DNA from: Amoebidium appalachense
Taxonomy: Eukaryota > Protista > Ichthyosporea
DNA: 64,000 nucleotides
Assembly: GCA_963693365.1 (NCBI GenBank)
Contig: CAVNZM010000009.1
Coordinates: 1,242,231 to 1,306,230 of the forward strand
Direction: 5' to 3'
Every line of letters starts with the position of its first letter. The first letter of the stretch is position 1. Below are positions 48,772 through 64,000 of the stretch, piece after piece. Position numbers and translations under genes: made by a program. The notes under the pieces were generated by a model. The model searched no databases. It had not been told where the DNA came from and worked only from the letters and a program-made list of their open reading frames with translations.

Positions 48772-48805
<34 letters not shown>

Positions 48806-51490
48806 TCCCCCCCCCCCCTCCCCCCACCCCCTATCCCCCCTTCCCCCTCCTCCCCATCTCACAGGGTGCAAATCGACCGTGAGGCCAACGTTGTAGCCAC
48901 CGTCAACGTCAACTATCCCGACGCCGAACTTCAGGCTGCCATCACAAAAGTGATCCAAAACGGCGCAGGTCCCAACATCTCCGTGGTAGTCATGACGGTG
49001 AATTTACCCGCGCCATATGTTATTTCTTCGGGTGCAAACGGTACACTTTTTATTAACAATGACACGCTCAACGATAAAAACCTCACGTCGACCATTTGGG
49101 TGTCTTCTACTGCGTGCAATAATGTTGCCAACGGGGCCATGTGCAATCAGAACATCACCTTCAATATGACGGGGTGTGATCTGACCGGCCAGTTTCAGCT
49201 TATCAATGTTCCCCTTGCATGCCAGGAATCTACCGCTGCCGACATGTGCCCAACAATCACGGCCGGAGCCGACATCAACTTCTTCCTCCAAACTAACAAC
49301 TTCTGCGAGATTTCCGAAACTAATCTTAGCGCTCTTTTTGACGCGGAAATTCGCCTGCGCGAAAATCCGTACTACAACAGCACCAAGCCTACCGACAGCT
49401 TTAACCTAGGCGACATTTCCTATTGGTCGATTCTCCTCTGGACCAATCGCACGGGAATTATGATTTCGGCCGCGACGGTCACAAAAGTGGTCCGCACATC
49501 GAACGGTGACTGCACCCAGTCTGCCGAATATGCGGGATATATGTCGGATATCAACAGCCTCGTGCAGAATTTTCGGCCTAATCTCGTCCCCCAGGAGATC
49601 CAGTTCCCCATGCCGGTCACCGCGGCTATGGCGTGCGCGTCTGCCAGCACCACCGAAAACATAATCAGTTTCAATTTTACGATCCTCGTCGATTATTTGG
49701 ATGGTTCTACCCCCGCTGGGGCTCGGCGGCGGCGGCGGCGCGAGTACGAATCCTACAACTACGCCTTCGACCCGTCCCTCTTTCAATACGACACGCACAC
49801 GCTTTCTCGTCGCGCCGTTGGCGAGAAGAATGCAACGAAGGAAAACGTCGGTGTGAGCACGAGTAAACCCGCACCAGAACCCGCCCCTGCCGGCTCGACG
49901 GATAGCGGAAGCAGTAACACGACAATGTATATTATTGCGGGTGTGTCCGGGGCGGTCATTTTGTGCTGTTGTTGTTGCTGCTGCTGCGTGGGGGTGTACA
50001 TGATGCAGCAGAACAAGAAGAAGAAGAAGAAGAAGAAGCAGGCGGCGTTGGGCCAGAGTGCAAACAGTGCCATGATGTTCCCCATGGGCGCAACCACCAC
50101 CCAGCTCGGCCAGGGCGGACCAATTCACGGCGCAGGGAGCATGACGTTCGATTCCGATACCGTCTATGGGCAGAACGAGTTCGATTCGCTAAATGGAAAC
50201 GGTAATATGGCGGCGATCGCGGTCGGCGGAATGGAGATGAGCATGATGAACAATATGAATCGGGGTATGGGGGGTAATTCGATGGGTATGGGCGGTGGAA
50301 TGGGAATGGATATGGGTGGAAATAATATGGACATGGGCCAAATGGGAATGGGGATGAATAACGGAATGGGAATGGGGATGAATAACGGGATAGGGATGAA
50401 CAATGGAATGGGAATGGGAATGAACAATGGAATGGGAATGGGAATGAACAATGGAATGGGAATGGGAATGAACAATGGAATGGGAATGGGAATGAACAAT
50501 GGAATGGGAATGGGAATGAACAATGGAACGGGAATGAATAATGGTATGGGTATGGGGATGGGAGGAATGGGGATGAACGACATGGCAATGAACGCCATGG
50601 GAATGTCCGGTGGCGGAATGGGTATGATGAATAACAACACGGGAATGATGAACGCAAACATGGGGGCCGGTATGGGAATGAATAATATGGGTATGGGGGG
50701 TGGTATGGGAATGGGGGGCGGAATGGGAATGGGTATGGGCGACATGGGTATGGGTATGGGAATGGGCGGCGTGACGTTAAATCGGGCCTCTGCCAGTGTG
50801 GCGATGCTGAGCGATGCGTCAAATTTCAACCAAATGGGCATGGTTGTAGGCCCCGACATCGACGTTGCACCACTAGGCGTCGGCCGGATACCGATGGAAA
50901 CCGATTTCGAGCGATTGGAGCGACTCGAGCAGATGGATCGCATGGATTTCACCCGATCGGTCGGAGCGCTAAACCTGGTGCCGCAGCCCCGCGCCACTTC
51001 TCTAGTTGATGGCTACAGTCATCGGTATAACGACCCCGGATCGCCAAGATTTTCCGATGACGGCAGTCGCGAACCTCGGGGGAGAATGCGCGAACTCGAG
51101 CCCCTCCAGTCCAACGGCATCTGGCGCAATCGGTCTTCCGACGTTCTTACCCGACCAGATGACGTCATTGTGCGGGATGCCCGTGAACATTTGGCCATGC
51201 TGGCACGGAAAGCGAGCAGGGAGAGTGCATTCACAGACCCCGACACCACGGTACCACACAAATTTCACGGTACGGTGAAGCGATTGGATGAGAGCGGCAC
51301 GTCTATCGGGTCGGGTGGATCGGCCGGGTCTTCCGGATCGGGCCAGCCTCTGAGATCGGCCGCGTTTGGGGAGGCCTCTTTTGATAGGAGATCGTCTGTT
51401 CGGAGTGTCAAGAGCGATGTGACGGTATTGAGCAATCAGGGTAGGGGGGTGGTGGGGACGGTAGACCCGACTAGTGTTGTCCGTATTTAA
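46036..51490 (+). CDS. Large type I membrane glycoprotein: signal peptide, beta-helix-cap-like N-terminus, Cys-containing ZP-like ectodomain, polybasic furin site, poly-Cys TM, Met/Gly/Asn-rich cytoplasmic tail
   Basis: Exons 46036-46431, about 47415-47474 (5' boundary uncertain; extra small exons in 46930-47090 are possible), 47553-47932, 48865-51490. Motif AVINAQSGDTLQLLPGYYDE..IDKELYITA resembles a pectin-lyase-like beta-helix cap. Many N-x-S/T sites, RRRRRR, then MYIIAGVSGAVILCCCCCCCCVGVY followed by K9. Confidence 0.8.
46451..46691 (+). mobile_element. Structured non-coding repeat SR1, copy C, in intron 1 of the surface-protein gene
   Basis: Identical core to copy B. Flanked by CCCTCCCCCCC on both sides (TSD-like). 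Confidence 0.85.
48313..48773 (+). mobile_element. Structured non-coding repeat SR1, divergent subfamily copy D, with terminal redundancy
   Basis: 48500-48773 is a diverged homologue of copies B/C. CCGCATTCAAACCCCCC occurs at both ends. Confidence 0.8.
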
Positions 51491-52083
51491 GTTGTAGTTA
51501 TGGTAGCTAGGGCATGATTATAGTATTAAGTTTTGAAAGGCCCAGTGGTTTCTCCTGTTTTATTGCCGTAGGTTTGCAATAATGGTGATTGGTGCTGTTT
51601 TTTTTTTCTTTCTTAGTCTAGTGGTGATCGATGGTGTTGAAATCGAAGCAACTTGCCATAGATTTACAGTATGTACGGGGTTTAGAGACGTACAAACACC
51701 CACACACGCACCAACACAAACAAACACACCCACCCGCAAATCACTAATCGAACAGCCGCTTAGACAGGTAATATCTGCAGCGTGTTTCCGAACCAGAACC
51801 AGTAAGAGCTGATAGGCGCTAGATGGCAGCCTGAGAAGTAATTGTGTGCACTGTGTGCCCACCCACCCCTGGCTGGGTGGCAAGTAGACATAATGATTTG
51901 ACCATTTTTCCCTGACATGTCTTTAGGTTCAACAGTTCGTATCTGTTTCACAGGGTACACAAGTCATCCGTTTTGTGCTTCTGTCATTACGTGTCTGTTT
52001 CACTGGGTACACAAGTCATCCGTTTTGTGCTTCTGTCATTACGTTATGTTGATCTGTCCCCCCCCCCCCCCCCCCCCCCCCCT

Positions 52084-52122
<39 letters not shown>

Positions 52123-52704
52123 AAAAAAACTCCGAAACTTTCCATCCCCCCCCCCCCCCCCCCCCCCCCCCCCAGCCCTCTAGCCTTATGTACCCCTGAG
52201 TGTCGAATTCACATCCAGGCCTCGGCCCCATCATGCTGCAGCCGAGGGTTTGCTATGCACCTTCTAATCATTATGATAATGCCTGTATACATGATGTGGG
52301 TTGCACAAGCCCCCCCCCCCCCCCCCCCCCCCCCCCCATATGCCCCCCCCCCCCCCCCATCTCTCGAGCTCTCCCTGGTGCAAGCCGCATCATGATCACG
52401 CAGGGCAAATCCTTCGATATATACAATCTCAGAATGCGGACTAATGTGTACTTGAAAACAAAAACAAGTTTCTTTTCTTTTCTTTTTTTTTTTTTTTAAA
52501 AAAAAAATAAAAAAATTTGATATATCTCCACATATGGTGTCTATCTGACACGGTTATATCTCCACATAAAAATCTGTATGATGTAAGTGTATACGTAACA
52601 TCGATTTGTACATGTATATCTCGTTGGGTGGAAGTACTGTTGGCCTTGGTGTCGACAAATCATCACAGCTCACCTACATGCCGTAAATAAACAGCACATC
52701 CCCC

Positions 52705-52739
<35 letters not shown>

Positions 52740-54228
52740 TACCCAAACTTAACTGGATAAGAACTATGCGACTATTGGCTGGAACAAAATTGTCCCAGAT
52801 GCGAATCCAATCGGATCGTACCGTTTTTATCGGCAAATGCCAAAGATAAATGATTCGGGCGATAGCCCGCGAAGTCTTCTATACGATAGCGCATAGGTTT
52901 CATTGTTACCGAAGCGCTGTACGCGCCAGGTTGTATTTAGTTGGGGTACTACCAGAAGGGGTGTCGACCGCCTACAACCGGGAAAACGGTTCGTTATTTC
53001 GCACAAAATGAACAGAAACCGCTATTCAGCTAAACTACGTCAGCAAAACGTGACCATTGCTGCCCAGACCATGGCCCAAATGTCTTTATCAGCATCGAAA
53101 TTCCAGCAAGATCAAACACAGTTGAAGAAGTGTGATTGGCTAAAGGAAGTTTCATCTGCAAAAGCTTGGCTTGTTTATTCTGAACTACATTTGTATTAGA
53201 ATTGTGTGCTGTTAAAATTTTATCTAGAAATAAATATTTCAGGAATCGCTTTCAAATATAAAGGCATATAGATACAGCATTCTGACATAACAACACTCCA
53301 TGTACACCAGTGGTCCAGGAGACTCCCATACGTAGTACGTGCGTGGGTTCATTACAGCCTTTATTGGTGAATTATCACGCATTCTCTATGCCGTTAGCAT
53401 ATGGAGATCTTTTAGTTCAATTCGTAAGTTTGCAATACATACAATATCGTTATATATTATATAAACTGTTATACATAGGTAAATAACATGCTTTTATATC
53501 TTTGTATATGCGTGCGCCCGTATATACGTGCTCGTGTGTGTGCCTGTGTGTGCACCGTATGCCGTATGCACGGTGTGCCCCGACGCCGTGCGTGCCGTGC
53601 AAGCGAGCTCATCAACTCCCTCAAACTCCTAATGCGAATTTGTATTTGGGGGGTTTTCCATTGGGTAGTTTATAAATTTTTTGCGGAACTTGAAGACGAC
53701 TCTTGCCTCAAGTTACAAGTATAAATCTTTCTAAAGCTTGGTTAATAATTTTGTTTGGATACATTAAGATAAGAGTTTGGTATTTCTAAACGTAATTTTT
53801 TTCTGTGTCTCCGCTTAAACGGCACTACTCGCGGCGGCTGTGCGAATCAAGGATATCATTCCTGCAGGGCAAAGCAGCGCCCCCACAATTTAAGTTTTGG
53901 AGGTCACATCTGGCTGCTGCGTGAGTCGTTAGTGATTAGTCGGGGAGGCTGTGTATGCACGGACGAGTGCGAGTGCGAACGCTCGTTTAATGAGCAAAAT
54001 CGGCAAAAACCGATTCCGGTGATGATTAGCCATTAGCGTGCTCATTTTTTACCAAAAAGGTCAGAGGAGCCAGTGCAGAGGGGACACATCACCGGCTGGC
54101 TCATTAAATCGAATCAAAACCGTTGTCGACAGGAAAACGAAATATGGAATGCATTTTTGTGCACCCCCTTGATCCCGGGTTGTGGAGTGTGGACCCCCTT
54201 GACCCCGTTTATTTTTTTTGACTTCAAA

Positions 54229-54851
54229 GGAGGGAGTCCCACTCAGGGAAACGTGACTGCAGCGTGTGTGTGGTGTGGCCTGGTGTATTCCTACTGCTGT
54301 GAGAGTGTGGGGGCATCTCCCTTTCGCGGAGTTTCTCGCTTGAGAAGTGGTTTCTTCAACGCCTGGTGGTCCACTGCAACACGTGGTAACTGCTACACGC
54401 TGTCTACGCTTCTACGCGACCTATTGGCGGTGGGCTGCTGCAACTTCTTCAGCTACTTCTGCGCTGCGTGAGTGGAGGGGCGGCTATTTGGTCGTCGGGG
54501 AGCTTTCCAAGTGACTGCCAGTCCCTAATTACCCTCCGTCGTATGGCAATGACCGGGTTTGCTTGCATGCATTCTGTAATTGTGTTTTTCTGTGTGTCCT
54601 GCCACGACTAGTCCACTTTATCAGAGAGCCTCATGCAGTTTCTCCGGGTTATCTAGGGGTTGGGCCCGTTGGGATTGTTTTTTAGCTCAGATTTGGTCTG
54701 CATTGCTCTTTTAGAGGCTGACTTGCTTGCTGTGCCCCGATAGGTTTTGAGGGGGGCCTGTTGGGAAGGAGCAGTAATGATGTCTTCTTGCGGAGTGTGG
54801 TCTGGTCAACATCGATGCATACGACTAGTTGGAGCGAACTAGTTTCACGCA
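54229..54851 (+). repeat. Dispersed repeat family R2, 5' module copy
   Basis: High identity to 5714-6333. Confidence 0.85.
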
Positions 54852-55245
54852 CATAGCAAACACGTGCACTGAACAGCTGGCACGACACTGCATTTGCACG
54901 TGTAAGGCCGAGCCTCGGCTGTGGATCCGACATGCCGTGGACAAGTTCAATCGACATATCGGCCTGGAAGATGGCATATAAATAAGCCCTTTCCCTTTAT
55001 CTTGTCGCGATCTTGACCACCAAATTCAGACACATTCGCATATTTTCGGACAGATCACATCATAATCGCATATTCCCCAGCCTACCCTCTTTCATGATCA
55101 ACCCGATCCTTCCTCTCGCTATCTCACTCCCTTTTTCTTTCCTCTTCCTGGTTTTTCTGCCTTTTCGAGTTATTACCATACGCAGTATAAGTTTCTTTCT
55201 CGTTCTCATAGAGAAATCAAAGGTAAAACTCAGTCGGCATGTGTT

Positions 55246-55722
55246 ATGTTCCTTAGGCAACACCGTACTGGTCGTTATCGCTTTTTGGGAGCTTTGGAAG
55301 GATACATTTCTCCTGCTGTACGTATGGATACCACCCTAGTAGATAAGTCTGTATGGTGCTCTGATGTTGATATTGCCTGGGAAGTTGTGCAGTGGCGTTG
55401 TAATTCTTGTTTCCATCGCCGCTGGTGCCGCTTTTGTGCTGAAATTTTTCATCGAAAGCATGTTGATAGGTGTGAGTTTTTATGTCGCGTTTTACCTCTT
55501 TCCCTACGGGTGTCTGCTACACTGGCTGGCAATGTGAACACTTTTAGACTTTTTGTTGAATTCTATTGGTCGTCCCATTGAGTATTTATATGATTTTCAC
55601 ACAGTGTTCAGGTATTTCAGTATGCACTTGTTACTGGATAACTCGTGAAGTTTTTATTGTCTTCTCAGTAAGCCGTGCATACTTGCATATCTTTCCGTCG
55701 AATAAATCCAGTCAAAAGAAAA
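55246..55722 (+). mobile_element. LINE 3' fragment (C-terminal Cys/His motif plus 3' UTR)
   Basis: WRCNSCFHRRWCRFCAEIFHRKHVDRCEFL parallels the C-terminus of the 19.6 kb LINE. Ends AATAAATCCAGTCAAAAGAAAA. Near-identical shorter copies at 45012-45299 and 35754-35841. Confidence 0.8.
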
Positions 55723-56349
55723 ATATTTCAAGACAAAACCCAGAAATCCACACGGTTTTAGCAATAGGGCCGAAATCATGGTATTCGCATATACCCACAA
55801 GTATTGGCATATTTCTGCACAGAAATATCAAACTTTTCATTTTGGCCGGACAGAATCCTACACCACCAAATTCGCAAATTTTAAAAGAAACCACGATTCG
55901 TGGTTTACCAAACGTGAATGATATCGCACTTTACCACCCACTTCACATCTCTGAAGCTCTAGAGACTGCGAAGAAATACTTCATTCACACCCATTCATTT
56001 CACCCACAAATTCGCAAAACAAAGCCTCACTCCCCCCCATCCCCATTTACAATGGCGGTAGGGAGAGCCTTTTGTGCATCATCATGCGGCCTACACAACT
56101 GCAAACATTTTAACAACCCCTCCTCATTCCCCCCCTTCCCTTCCCCACACACTTACCCATCCAAACACACACACGCGCACATTCGTAGCTACTACTTCAA
56201 TGAATCCACCGCCCATTCATTTCCCACACCGCGCTTTCGAAGAAAGAGCTGGGAACACAGTCCAAAGCACAAAGTAACAAGCCCAGTTATGTTCGTCCAA
56301 TAACATGCAAAAAAAAGATTTCAGCTTTAACCCTGTCATGTGCCCATCT

Positions 56350-62614
<6,265 letters not shown>

Positions 62615-64000
62615 TTTCGTCCTAGCTAGAGACTTGACAACCAAACACCCTTCTCCGTTGTATTCTAATATATTGCCAAGGCAATGCTAACGATCTCTAG
62701 CAGCCCCAAAAAATTGATACTTCACGTTTCTCTAATACTAGCTTATGTTTGCTTCGTGAATTCCTTACTATTCCTCTTCTACGTCTTACACACTGTTTGG
62801 GTGATACAAAAATGGCTAACGACGGTTGATATTCCCAGTTTTCGCTTCACACAGACCACTTTGCGTCCCGGGAATCCAAATGAGCCCGGCTGTCTGATTG
62901 GTTATCTATACCTTGTGACTGATCTCCCGAAACCCTTACTGACAACGCATTTGAGAATTTCGGCCTCATTTTCGAATCGGCAATTTTTGCATGTGAATGC
63001 AAATAAAACAGTATAAGCATTATGCGTCATGTAAACATCAAAAACAGATGATTATATAACAAAATAAATTTAAGTAATTTTCTGATATGATATTGATATG
63101 TGCAATCTTTTGTTTTGTAGCAGTTGTTCCTTGGTCTGGCTCTCCTCTCCATTCTACATCAGAAAATTTATACAGAAAATATTGTTGTAAATACTCCACA
63201 GCTGCTGATTGGTTCCATGAGCACCAGACATTTGGTGCAATTTACATCATATCATTATGCATGATGCAAAGACATGTTATTGTTGTACTATACATCAAAC
63301 CAAAGCGCAGGTTTGATATTGTAAATGCAGCATTATGATTATAGCACTGTATCAGCAGGCATCAACGGTCTTACCATCGATGTGTACACGCGTACGTGGG
63401 TCATGGCCTCCGACTCACGAATGGTTGCGATCTAATCCTCATCTAGATTTTTGCGTAAAATTTTGCATACCAATAATCGCTAGCTTAGCCATATATAGCT
63501 AAATGCTCTCTCACTCAGCCACTCAGGTGTGACTAAGATAAGGTCTTCCTCCATTACCCTTTGCAAATTAAAAAGGTTCAGTTTCTAAATTAATGTACTA
63601 CCATAATAGTAATTCACAAAAGCTATATAATGCTTTACAAAATACCGGTTATAGTTTTAAATATATTGAATCATTGGTTAAAGGTAACCAGCGAGAACCG
63701 AAATGAGAATTTGTATTGTTTTGACTGCTTTTTCAAGTTCTTGCCTTGTGAAATTGACCTTCAAATCCCCTACTCTAGTGGGAACTTGAAAGCCAGTGAC
63801 GTTTGGCGCCATTTCTAGTTGCGACTTGCGGCCGTTTTTTTCGTTTGCGCTACTACAGCAGTGCGACTTCAGTGCGACACGTGAAACAGAGACTGACAGC
63901 AAACATGGCAAAGCTATAAAAGAGAGACACAGCTAGTGTCAGCTACATGAAACTCGCAATTTGCCAGAGTGGTCAATAAAAAAAGTGTAGTTTATTCTTG

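Noticed and set aside
49956-50997. Antisense ORFs with PIPI / FPFH repeats
   Set aside because: Shadow frames of the Met/Gly/Asn repeat on the + strand.

Overview
Intron-rich, repeat-rich eukaryotic DNA with canonical GT-AG introns, CTAAC/TACTAAC-type branch points and very many poly(C)/poly(G), (GA)n and (CA)n tracts. The FUBI-eS30 fusion, a class C GPCR and a Crypton-like relic suggest a holozoan, possibly a unicellular one such as an ichthyosporean; this is inference only. Five spliced host genes can be reconstructed by hand. (1) A 12-exon class C (GABA-B-like) GPCR whose ectodomain resembles a bacterial sugar ABC substrate-binding protein (8748-19105, +). (2) FAU/FUBI-eS30 (31311-33595, -). 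(3) An ICMT/STE14-family membrane methyltransferase (37986-41660, +). (4) A large type I surface protein with a beta-helix-like N-terminus, a ZP-like region, a furin site, a poly-Cys TM segment and a Met/Gly/Asn tail (46036-51490, +). (5) An N-terminal C2-domain protein (starts 62614, -; 3' end uncertain). Mobile DNA includes several LINE fragments, a GCR1_C-bearing Crypton-like relic, a non-autonomous PAT/DIRS-type element with split direct repeats, and orphan DNA-transposon ends. The most unusual signal is a non-coding, structured repeat family (4 copies, 2 subfamilies) with covarying stems and a pseudoknot; it has variable 5' ends, always ends in CATTCAA(A) and always sits inside poly(C) tracts. 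Two introns also end in tandem arrays of their own 3' splice site. Most ORFs in the supplied track are translations of simple repeats.
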